Shown here in pieces: positions 1 to 15,170 of a stretch of DNA of 40,130 bases. The position numbers and the translations under genes are program-made. The first letter of the stretch is position 1. Every line of letters starts with the position of its first letter. The notes under the pieces are model-generated. The model did no database searches, had not been told where the DNA came from, and saw nothing but the letters and a program-made list of their open reading frames with translations. Source of the stretch: Guillardia theta CCMP2712 (Eukaryota > Protista > Cryptophyta); the NCBI RefSeq assembly GCF_000315625.1, contig NW_005434643.1:423965-464094 (forward strand). The letters run 5' to 3'.

Positions 1-76
1 ATCAAATTGCATAAGCCCACAACGAGGCCGAGCAACATTCTAGCATTCTAATAAACTCACATAATAATAATAATAA

Positions 77-94
77 TAGGGTTTAGGGTTTAGG
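77..94 (+). repeat. Short telomere-type repeat tract (TAGGG TTTAGGG TTTAGG)
   Basis: About 2.5 copies of the plant-type TTTAGGG repeat, directly after AATAAA (50-55) and (ATA)6 (61-78) and directly before the 19-bp array. Confidence 0.6.
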
Positions 95-622
95 AGGTTC
101 CTTATTTCCTGGCAGGTTCCTTATTTCCTGGCAGGTTCCTTATTTCCTGGCAGGTTCCTTATTTCCTGGCAGGTTCCTTATTTCCTGGCAGGTTCCTTAT
201 TTCCTGGCAGGTTCCTTATTTCCTGGCAGGTTCCTTATTTCCTGGCAGGTTCCTTATTTCCTGGCAGGTTCCTTATTTCCTGGCAGGTTCCTTATTTCCT
301 GGCAGGTTCCTTATTTCCTGGCAGGTTCCTTATTTCCTGGCAGGTTCCTTATTTCCTGGCAGGTTCCTTATTTCCTGGCAGGTTCCTTATTTCCTGGCAG
401 GTTCCTTATTTCCTGGCAGGTTCCTTATTTCCTGGCAGGTTCCTTATTTCCTGGCAGGTTCCTTATTTCCTGGCAGGTTCCTTATTTCCTGGCAGGTTCC
501 TTATTTCCTGGCAGGTTCCTTATTTCCTGGCAGGTTCCTTATTTCCTGGCAGGTTCCTTATTTCCTGGCAGGTTCCTTATTTCCTGGCAGGTTCCTTATT
601 TCCTGGCAGGTTCCTTATTTCC
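95..622. repeat. Perfect 19-bp tandem array (AGGTTCCTTATTTCCTGGC)x27.8
   Basis: Unit starts at 95 and the last partial unit starts at 608, so 513/19 = 27 full copies plus 15 bp. No variants or spacers seen. Confidence 0.97.
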
Positions 623-749
623 CACTTGGACAGTCGGACTCCGAGGGAGGTCAACATAACTTAACATAACATGGCATGCCAGGCTTCAGTCGGAACTTGG
701 AACACTCAGTGCGCCCGAAATGATTCAGGGCCACAAAAAATATTTCACT

Positions 750-2074
750 GTGGAACAACTTGAACTTGAATTGAGGGGGTGTTCGGCCTGAAACTTGATC
801 TTTGTGTCACGGTCACTGCCGCGCAAGCAAGTCCAACCTACATGGAACAACTTGAAAATTGAGGAGGTGTTCGGCCTGAAATCTTTGTGCCAGTGTCACG
901 CTCCTCCAAGTTTCAAGTTGTTCCATATAGTTTGGAGCAAGTCCAACCTACATGGAACAACTTGAAAATTGAGGGGGTGTAAGAACTCGCCGCCGATAAG
1001 TTCTTGGAGACGGCGAGAAGTTCAGGGTATTGCGTCTCATCGGTAGACGAAGCTCAGCGACTCAGATGGAAGTGGGCTTTGACATAGGTCTGGAATTAAG
1101 GAATCAGGACACGTGGCCAGTGTCCAGGGCGCTGTGCATTGTACGTTGGTGGTGTTGTGTGGTTCTTCTGAGAGTTCTATCATCATCAGTGAATGTGTTA
1201 GAGACCGTGACTGCACAGCTGTGTATCGTTGCCAGGTGAATAAGGTTGGGGTAAGGATCTCAGGTGTACTGAGAGATAGTGTTTGGTCTTGGGTTAAATA
1301 GCCTGATAGAGTCTGGCCAGTGAGGTCACCGGTGGAGGTTGATTCGATTAGCCGGGGGTGTTCGGCCTGAAATCATTGTGTGTCACGCTCCCGGAGTCCA
1401 AGTTTCAAGTTGTTCCATATAGTTTGGAGCAAGTCCAACCTACATGGAACAACTTGAAAATTGAGGGGGTGTTCGGCCTGAAATCATTGTGTGTCACGCT
1501 CCTGCGGCCTGAAATCATTGTGTGTCACGCTCCTCCAAGTTGTTCCATATAGTTTGGAGCAAGTCCAACCTACATGGAACAACTTGAAAATTGAGGGGGT
1601 GTTCGGCCTGAAATCATTGTGTGTCACGCTCCTGCGGCCTGAAATCATTGTGTGTCACGCTCCTCCAAGTTTCAAGTTGTTCCATATAGTTTGGAGCAAG
1701 TCCAACCTACATGGAACAACTTGAAAATTGAGGGGGTGTTCGGCCTGAAATCATTGTGTGTCACGCTCCTGCGGCCTGAAATCATTGTGTGTCACGCTCC
1801 TCCAAGTTTCAAGTTGTTCCATATAGTTTGGAGCAAGTCCAACCTACATGGAACAACTTGAAAATTGAGGGGGTGTTCGGCCTGAAATCATTGTGTGTCA
1901 CGCTCCTGCGGCCTGAAATCATTGTGTGTCACGCTCCTCCAAGTTTCAAGTTGTTCCATATAGTTTGGAGCAAGTCCAACCTACTTGGAACAACTTGAAA
2001 ATTGAGGGGGTGTTCGGCCTGAAATCATTGTGTGTCACGCTCCTGCGGCCTGAAATCATTGTGTGTCACGCTCC
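750..2074. repeat. 106/137-bp satellite with an internal 26-bp-stem hairpin
   Basis: The anchor C(A/T)TGGAACAACTTGAAA recurs at 841, 951, 1443, 1573, 1710, 1847 and 1984. Later units have a 137-bp period (106-bp monomer plus a 31-bp internal duplication CGGCCTGAAATCATTGTGTGTCACGCTCCTG). Confidence 0.95.
978..1353. mobile_element. 376-bp insertion with target-site duplication; solo-LTR-like
   Basis: Interrupts a satellite unit at GAGGGGG|TGTTCGG. GGGGG is duplicated at 973-977 and 1354-1358 (alternatively an 8-bp GGGGGTGT TSD with element 981-1353). One end is TGTAAG; the other end (..TTAGCC) is non-canonical. Confidence 0.65.
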
Positions 2075-2159
2075 CATCGCAAGTCAGCTTTGATGGCCAT
2101 TATGGCCTTCACAGGCGTGGCTGGCCCTCCGAAGCTCAATCATGATGCATCGCCAATAC

Positions 2160-4075
2160 GATATCAAATATCAAAATAAAAAATATCAATGTTGAAAGTT
2201 TCCCGCCACTGTGAACTCTGCGAAGCCGTACAGATATGAGGATGTGCAGCGTTTGACAGAGCAAGACAAGTCAGGTGAGCATTATCTCTTTTTTTCATCG
2301 AAATTATCACGGGAAGAGATCCAAATGACGTGTTCTTGATGCAGGTTGGAATGATTTGCAGCCTTTGGCAACTTGTATGAGATTGATGAACGGGTGAAGA
2401 CTTTGGCAAGTGCCCAACCAATATTACAAACCGGTATCCAGGAGTACGTAGACGTACCAGTAAGCCGCCCAGCATACAAAACTCTCGAGACAATGGCTGC
2501 ATACGAAGGGGGTTTCGACACATCGCAGAACTGTCCCGATGTGAAAAGGTTGTGACATGAAATGGGCACAAACAAAGATAAGTTCAGGACTCGGGAGTCG
2601 ATCAGGTCTAGGCAAAATATTGACATGGTCATCTCACTGCATGGAAGAACATGCAAAACTGAAGGAAAAGCTCAACGGAAAGTTCTAAATGAACAGATAC
2701 AGCGCATTTTAGCAGTCACGGTCGGAGCAGCTCGATGCTTGAAACAAAGATGATCCTCAGTACAATCGAATGATGACAAGTAAGTCCCGTGGTTCGTGAA
2801 GGATTCTTCATCCAATTCTTAAGGATGTGTTGGAACGATGAAACATTTTGCAAATCACCAATTTCATCACACTGACTGATGCATCATGTAAATATTACTG
2901 GTGTGAACTTGCATCAGATTCTGTTCATCGGATGAGCCGCTACCAAGCAGTTGATGTCACAGCAAACAAGAGAGCCGTTTTGAAGATGTTGATATTCCTG
3001 ACCGTAGAGCATTCAAGATGTGGCCACATGTCACATGCTTCTTGGTTAACGCAGATACACCCTCGCCAGGCAAAAGATGGAACGTCTTCAGGATTACAGG
3101 GAGGTCGGTTGTGCTTGTACCCTGCTTGTAACTCTTCTAATAAAGATATGATAACCTGAATGTGCAATTCTGTTTGTTGATTCACAGTGTTTGCGACTCG
3201 ATTGCAATCATCGAGTGCTTGCTCTGTTGAACAAGGCACTCCTCTGTAGAGCCATGCGACAAGAACACTACAGTTGCACGGTAGCATTGCGACACCAAGA
3301 CAGGATTGATCCGATGAACGTCTCATTTATTGATACGCAAAGGCATCATCTGCACATTGCTTCATTTCTGACTAGGTTTCTGTGCAATCGAAATCCTTGT
3401 GAAAATATCATGACAGAGGAAAAATTTGAAGCGAAACGGAAAAATCATCGAAATATGATCATAGATATAGTGATTCATGATCAACAACGGTTCTCTACAG
3501 TCATCTATGCGGGCAGGAACAGTCATCTTCTGTGCAAACGTCTCTTCATGTATCGTTGAACGGTTGAGTGCATGTAAGACTTGCCTCCATAGAAAGGTGA
3601 AGTGCATGAATCCTGACTGTAAGACTAGAAGAATTGAAAGCAAGTGATGACATGAGAACACATATCTAGACAGAAAAGTCGCTCAAGGTACAGCTGGATA
3701 CAAATTTCTCACAAATCACAGTCATGCATTTGAGCGCAACGTGCAACCTACGGCAATTTGAATAAAGGGTCAATCAGAGTTGATTCTGTTCAATGGTGTA
3801 TCGATTATCAATTCCTTACCTGATCATAAAAATTTCATCTTGTCTTCGAAGAATATTTGCAAGTACACCCGCGGATTGTTTGAACCTAGGGTGCATATTC
3901 CATTGCAGGATGGATGATTCAAACCTTGGCCCAACCTGTAGAGTTGAGAAAGAAGCTCGATCATCTCTTACAGGTATGATATGAGATCTTCATCTCATTT
4001 CTATCTCAGTTGGGTTGGATTCGAAGTCTCTCAATATCAAAGTTCATCCTGGTGAGTCAGGAAGGCACCATTTCA
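2160..4075 (-). other. Possible multi-exon or degenerate gene of unknown function
   Basis: Non-repetitive, moderately AT-rich sequence with open stretches on the minus strand (e.g. ORF 2940-3326) and splice-like signals. No recognisable domain and no consistent model could be built. Confidence 0.2.
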
Positions 4076-4719
4076 TCGCTTCTTGCTCGTCCAGGGAGAG
4101 GGGGCTTGGGGAATGAGAAATGGGTGTTACCCCCACCCCCTATTGTAGAGTTTCAAACTCGTTCAAAGGTGGGTAGTTGAGGGTGCTCCATACCCACCCC
4201 ACCACCCAAAATGACTCAAACGGAGGGGTTCTCGGATCCGAAGGAGTCCCGCCTCCATCACCCCCTCTCATTTGAATTCAAGATGGTTCAGGCCGACCCC
4301 ACATACAGGCTTGCAGTTTTCTTATGTATGCCCATATGATTTGATCGGACAGGCCCCAGGTTCAAGGGATGAAGCAATTCACCAGCATGCTTGAAGATTT
4401 TTCATGGGAGTGGGGTTATACTTGTACCGGATGTGTACAATACATAGGGGAGAACCCCGAATGGTACCAAAAGAGTACCAAAGTCACATGGTTCGGACTG
4501 TACTAACTGGTACCAAGAAATTGTACTCAAGAAGACCCTACCCCTGAAAAAGTTCTGCTTGGCTCTTCGTGATTTGAATTCGGAACACGGTCGGAAGACC
4601 CACCCCGCCCCCACATGAGGCGTGGTATGCGTGGATTTGAATCTACCACCCTCACCGCGAAACGTTTTAGAGCTCCAAGGTCAATTGAGAAAGGCAACGC
4701 TATGGTCCGATCCGTCACG

Positions 4720-4787
4720 GATTGTACCGTGTCCTCCGAGGCTCCGACGGTACGGTACTGATTTATAACTTAACTTTGACGGTAAAG
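4720..4787 (+). repeat. Dispersed upstream element, copy C (degenerate)
   Basis: GATTGT..CCTC..GTACTGATTTATAACTTAACTTTGA..GTAAAG aligns with copies at 15838-15926 (-) and 34240-34316 (+). Confidence 0.7.
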
Positions 4788-4909
4788 AAATGGTCGTACC
4801 GTGTAGTAGAGTGCCACGGAGCGCCGGCCGCTCCCAGAGGCTCGGTCACGGTCAACGGTGTAGACGTGCCACCGTGCAGACTCACAGCGCCCATGTGCCG
4901 GCTGACTCG

Positions 4910-5951
4910 ATGAAACAGTCGGAGTATGAAATCACTCGTTTTCAGCATGACCTGTCCAAAAAAAGAATCAGCGAGATAGAAAGCCCCCTGGAGCAAACCG
5001 TAGAGGGCAAGGGAGGCGTTCCGAACAAGTCAGCAGAAACCAATAAACCTGTTTGCAGAAATCTTGACGACATTCAACCCATGCAGACCTCATATCCTAC
5101 CCATCCCCTCTCAGCTAGCACCAAGCCTAAAGCAAAGATTGATCATCCTCGTACAGTTGTAATCCAGTCCAGAACCAAGAGCGGTCTCATCCGCAAGGAT
5201 AAGCCCGTCCATGTCACCAACCAACTGCTGCAAGACCTCTTCCACATGAAGCAAGAAGACGCTGCCTCCTTCCTGGTACCCCTTCCTCTCCCTCCTCTCC
5301 TCCAGTGCATCCGCTCATCTCCCTCTCCCTATCATCTCCCCCTCGCTCCTCCCCTCCCCCCCGCTCTCGGAGGCCTGCTCCGCCTTGCGTACTTACGTGC
5401 ACCTTCCCCAGGGCGTGGCCTTGACCAGCTTGAAGATCGCTTGCAGGAAGCTCGGTATCATCCGCTGGCCCTACAAGCGAGGATGCCGCCAGTCCTCCCC
5501 CAGCCCAGCTGGCTCCCCCGTCGACTACATCAGCTCCCCCTCAGACATCGTCGGCTCGCATGGCAGCTCGCCTGTAGGAGACGAGCTCGACGGCATCGAG
5601 CTCGACCATGTCGACACCAGCACGAGGCCAAGCAGCTGGATGGAGGCGTCGGAGGACACAGGAGCATCGACGGCTATGCACGTGGAGGAGGACAACGCGG
5701 GGTCGGCGGCTGGAAGCCTCAGCTCTGGCAGTGTCGAGCCGGGACCATCACAGGGTCAGGAAGGAGGAGGAGAGAGGCGACGGGAGACGGGAGACGGATG
5801 GTGCAGCATGTCAGACTGGCAGCCGGGAGAGGGGGCGTTTGTGGACATGACGGAGTCAGGGGAGGGGATGGGCTTGGGGTGGCTGGAGGAGTACATGCCA
5901 GGGGGAGGGAACGAGTACTTTATGGGGGGAGTTTATGACTACGTTATATAG
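4910..5951 (+). CDS. RWP-RK domain transcription factor; join(4910..5275,5412..5951), about 301 aa
   Basis: Splicing GT 5276 to AG 5411 gives VTNQLLQDLFHMKQEDAASFL|GVALTSLKIACRKLGIIRWPYKR, the RWP-RK signature, followed by an acidic/Ser-rich tail. Confidence 0.92.
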
Positions 5952-6193
5952 ATGTGTGAAAGGAGACGAGAGAAATGTTACGATGAATATACACAAGAGT
6001 TTCACACGTGGTGGGCTTACATGCAGCCATCGAAACCAGAATATGTTAGGTAGATAATGTTATACAATGATTGATGCGCAGAAGTACATAGGGAGTAAAA
6101 TAGAACAAAATTTCGAAGGTCTCCAATATGAATCTCGGAACATGACAATTTTCAGGCCTGTAACATTTCAGCTTAGCTTTCAGCTGACCGTAT

Positions 6194-7180
6194 CTAATAG
6201 CCTTGCAGTGATTTCCCTTTATGTTGCAGCGTTCGCGCCTTTGCCCTCACGCTTTGTCGCAGCGTAAGGTCTCCTTCCACGTGTCGTACTTCTTCATGTT
6301 GCGATCCTTGCGATCCAAAAAGAATTGTCAAGAAGCTATGCAAGGATTCAGGGGCAGAGAAGGGATGGCGGAAGAGAGGGAGAGCGAAAAATTGGAGGGG
6401 GGAGGGGGTCGGGGGGCGGGCAGGAGGGAGGAGGAGTTGGGGGAGGGGGGGCTGCAGGTATGCAGGAAGGAAGGATGGGTAACACAGAGGAAAGAGATGA
6501 GGGGAGGAGGGGAGGCAGGACTGGAGGCAGGAGGGGAGGAGGAGGAAGAGGGGGAGGAGGGGGAGGAGGGGGAGCGGGGGGGGGGGGCGGACTTGCTGTC
6601 CGATCCTGGTCCGATCCAGGGGTCCGATTTTGACCAGGGAGTGGGTAGTAGCGGGGATGAGGAGCACAGGTACTAAAAGTGGAGCAACATGCGATAGTCA
6701 GGTTGGGGGAGGAGGAGAGAGGAAGAAGAGAGGCAGAGGAGGAGGAGAGAAGGAGGAGAGATGAGGGATGGGTATGCATGAGCACCGCACAGAGTCGCTG
6801 TGGTGTGAGATGAGGTAGGGAGCAACCATAAGCACACAAGGAAAGCAAGAAAAGGGAGAAGAGAGAGATTAGGTGGCGGGGGGAGGGAGGGGGGGGGGGG
6901 TTATCATGAGAGTGTGCGTGAAGAATATTTATGTGCCCCTGTTGACGACTGTTGCAGGTGCAATGAGGTATGTTGACGAGAATGGCTTCATGTTCCCAAC
7001 CTTGATCTCCCTTGCCTGCATATCTCCAGCTCTCTCGTTTCTTTCGATCTAGTCTTGCCATATCCTGCTTTCTTCGGACTTACCTCTTCATGCTTCCCTG
7101 CCTCTCCCCTCCCCTTCCTCTCGTCCCATCCGTCTCTGCCTTCTTCCCCATCCACTGCTCCGTTTCAGCCTGACTCATTG
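6194..7180 (-). CDS. Possible small multi-exon hypothetical gene
   Basis: Minus-strand GTAAGT donor near 7083 and short exon-like islands (AREIKVGNMKPFSSTY; DRNMKKYDTWKETLR) between low-complexity intron-like tracts. No domain recognised. Confidence 0.3.
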
Positions 7181-7216
7181 GAACTCCAAGACTATTAGCT
7201 CGGCACAGCTGTTGAC

Positions 7217-8817
7217 ATGACTAGCTTGCGCTTGAGAGTGAGATGCGTGTAGCCCCCTCCTCTTTGTTGCTCACTGCTGGGTTGAAGGTGCTGGAATGCG
7301 ACTTGCGCTGCCTTGCTCCAGTCATACCGCGTGAGTGATGATGATGATGCTATTGACGACGACAAAAACAACGATGATGAGGATGACGATTACGACGATG
7401 ACGATGACGATGACTACCACTACGATGATGACGACGATGACGATGACGATGACGACGACGATGACGATGATGATGATGATTATGATGATGAAGCTTGTTG
7501 AGGACACACGGAAAACATGAGGATGGATAACAATTGCGAACACAGAGACGCTAGAAACGTGCGAAAGGGCACTGCCGGATATACATCTTTTCGTTTCTTC
7601 GAGGGTGGTACCGCAATCCTGTCAAGTCTATCTAAGAGCTCCTGACGCGTGCGGCAGATACAGAGCATGGGATCCAAGACTTGCGCGACTTTTGTGAAGC
7701 CAAGGACGCTGCGGCCGTCATGGGACGAAGAGTTTTCCCTCATGGTGCGATGAAGGATGCGAGGAGAACATCCGACATTGACGACTCGCCTGCTCTGACG
7801 CTATGGCTGCTCCCATGCCAGGTTGAGGAGGACAACGCTGAGTTGGAGATGGTTATATACAGCTTTCACAAGAGCGGTAAGGACGGGACGGACCGTGGAA
7901 GCTGCCCTGTGAAGTGTGCTGCTGTTTCCAGGGAGCCATACCTTCGTCGGGAGCGTGATAGTTCGCCTACACGTGACGTCGTCTCCGAGGACGTGATTGC
8001 TGCTGATGCCCATGGACCCTGCAGGACATCGAGAACGGGGAGACGGTCGACGAGTGGTACCCTGTGAAGCTGAACCAGGGGCTCAGGGTAAGATTTAGCT
8101 GTCTGTATGTGCTGAAGAGATGCTGGACGTCTCTCCCTCGTCCTCCCTTCTCCGTCTTCCTCGTCCCCTCGGCCACTTCCATTCACTGCCTTCACTTTCA
8201 ACCTGTGTCGCACACTCTTTCTCTCTCCATGCATGCATGCATGCATACATCCTCTGTGCATCGTCCTACTTGGACTCGATCTCCTCCTAGCTCACTGCGC
8301 CTGCTCTTCCTTCTCTCGCTCTCTTTGTCATGTTGACTTTGACTCTCAAGAACGGGCGGGGGCCGGAGGATCCCCTGCTGCATGTGCAGCTGACTGTCGC
8401 GCAATTCCGGTACAATAGGAGAAGAGTGGGAGGGAGGAGGGGGAGATGAGCAGCGATGAGCAGAGGAACGAGGCAGAGAGGAGAGGAGAGGAGAGGAGAG
8501 GAGTGCAGAAGAAGGTGGGAGGGGGGAAGAAGTGAGCAAAGATAGATAGGAAGGGAAGAGGGTAAAATAATTGAGAGAGAAAAAGGGAGAGAAGGAGGAG
8601 AGTGAAGCAGCAGATGGAGTGAAGAATGCAGGCGGGAGGCTCGGATGATGTAGAGAAGAGAGGAGAGGAAGGCAGGCAGGAAGGAAGGAAGGAAGGAGAG
8701 GGAGGAAGGATGGTGAGGAGGAAGGGAGGAGGAGAGCTTACGATTGCGGCGTGCAGATGGGAGCCTCTTCCTCCTCGACCTCTCGATTTCATCGCTGAGT
8801 ATCGAATGCCAGCACGA
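7217..8817 (+). CDS. C2-domain protein (multi-exon; 3' end unresolved, may extend to about 9200)
   Basis: In-phase exons give MTSLRLR|VLECDLRCLAPVIP|QTLETCERALPDIHLFVSSR|IQSMGSKTCATFVKPRTLRPSWDEEFSLM|VEEDNAELEMVIYSFHKSG|SHTFVGSVIVRLH|DIENGETVDEWYPVKLNQGLR|NGRGPEDPLLHVQLTVAQF, which is a C2 fold pattern (T..K.RTL.P.W.E.F; F+G.+.+.L; +DEWY.+). Confidence 0.8.
7335..7490. repeat. (GAT/GAC)n trinucleotide microsatellite, intronic
   Basis: Direct inspection; lies inside a GT..AG intron of the C2 gene. Confidence 0.9.
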
Positions 8818-10010
8818 GTGAGCACTTGAGGAGAAGACTGTGATGATGTTGATGATGATACTGAGGAGGAGGAGGAAGAGGGAGGAGAATGATGATGATG
8901 ATGATGGAGATGATGGAGATGATGATGATGATGATGATAATCAAGATGATGTCCCTCTGTTTTCTTCATCTCTTCTGGGCCCTTTCCTTAAGACTGACCA
9001 CCTCCTTCCTCCTCTTCCTACCATCACTCCCCCCCCTCCCATATCCTTTCATGAACACTCACTTGATGATTCTGGTCACAATCTGCTGCCCTCGCATCAT
9101 TGGCTGACCAGTTCTCGCAGTCCTTCCCGGGGAGAGTCTGCTGCTCAGCCCCGTCTTGCCCCGTCTCATGAGAACAAGAGCACAGCTCGAGTGGACGGAG
9201 GAGGTAGACGGAGACGGAGATGGAGACGGAGACGGAGACGGAGACGGAGAGGGGGAAAGGGAAGGGAACAGAGTCAAGGGGATAGAGGGTGAGTCAAGGA
9301 GGAGGAGAGAAGGAAGGGGGAAGGAGGAGATGGGGAGAGAGAGGAAGGAGATGGGGAGAGGATGAGGGTGGAGGATGAGGCAGATGCGAGAGGTGGTCGG
9401 TTGTTGAGAGGATGGGCAAGGGCATCGATGTCTGAGTAGATCAGTGATGTCTCGCTGTGGTAATAAGGATGTCACTTTGATCGTCTCGTCTGATTAGCCT
9501 CGTCGGTGCTTCTTCGTAACTTTCCCCCTTTGGTGCCTTTTGTTCTCCTCTCCCTCAACGCTCGGTTCACTCCCTTCTCCTCCTCCTCCTTCCCACTGTT
9601 CTCCATCCCCTCCTTCGTCATCTTCATCATCATCTTCATCCCCATTTCCACCTTCTTGCTAGTGTTATTGTCTTCTTCTCATTCCTCGTCCTCGGTCCAC
9701 CTGCCCTTCCCTCTCGCTCAGCCTCAAACAGGCGCAAGAAGCCCATCCAACCTCAGCAACTCCTCGCTATCCTTCAGCTGGCTTCTCATCCTTGACCGCC
9801 TTGTCTGCAGCCATCGTCAGCCTCCTCCCCTCAAGGTAGATCCTCTCACTCTCTTCCTCCTCCTTCACTTCCTCCTTCTCCTGCAGTTCAGCTCCGCCGG
9901 CCTCTTGCTTCTCCTCCTGCCCCTCCTCCTCCTGCCCCTCCTCCTCCTTCTCGCCGCCAGGGGTTTCGCTGCTCGCGCCATGTCAACTGGAATTGTAGTC
10001 GCATGGAGTT

Positions 10011-15170
<5,160 letters not shown>

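Noticed and set aside
1358-1998. Repeated 64-77 aa ORFs in the satellite
   Set aside because: By-products of the tandem repeat; they use non-ATG starts and shift frame each unit.
95-2074. CRISPR array interpretation of the 19-bp and 137-bp repeats
   Set aside because: Units are contiguous or separated by identical sequence, with no unique spacers and no cas genes, and the context is eukaryotic.
750-2074. Hammerhead ribozyme / retrozyme in the satellite unit
   Set aside because: No CTGANGA...GAAA core found on either strand of the unit.
4790-5938. 382-aa ORF as a single-exon protein
   Set aside because: It reads through the 5276-5411 intron into the wrong frame; the spliced model restores the RWP-RK motif.
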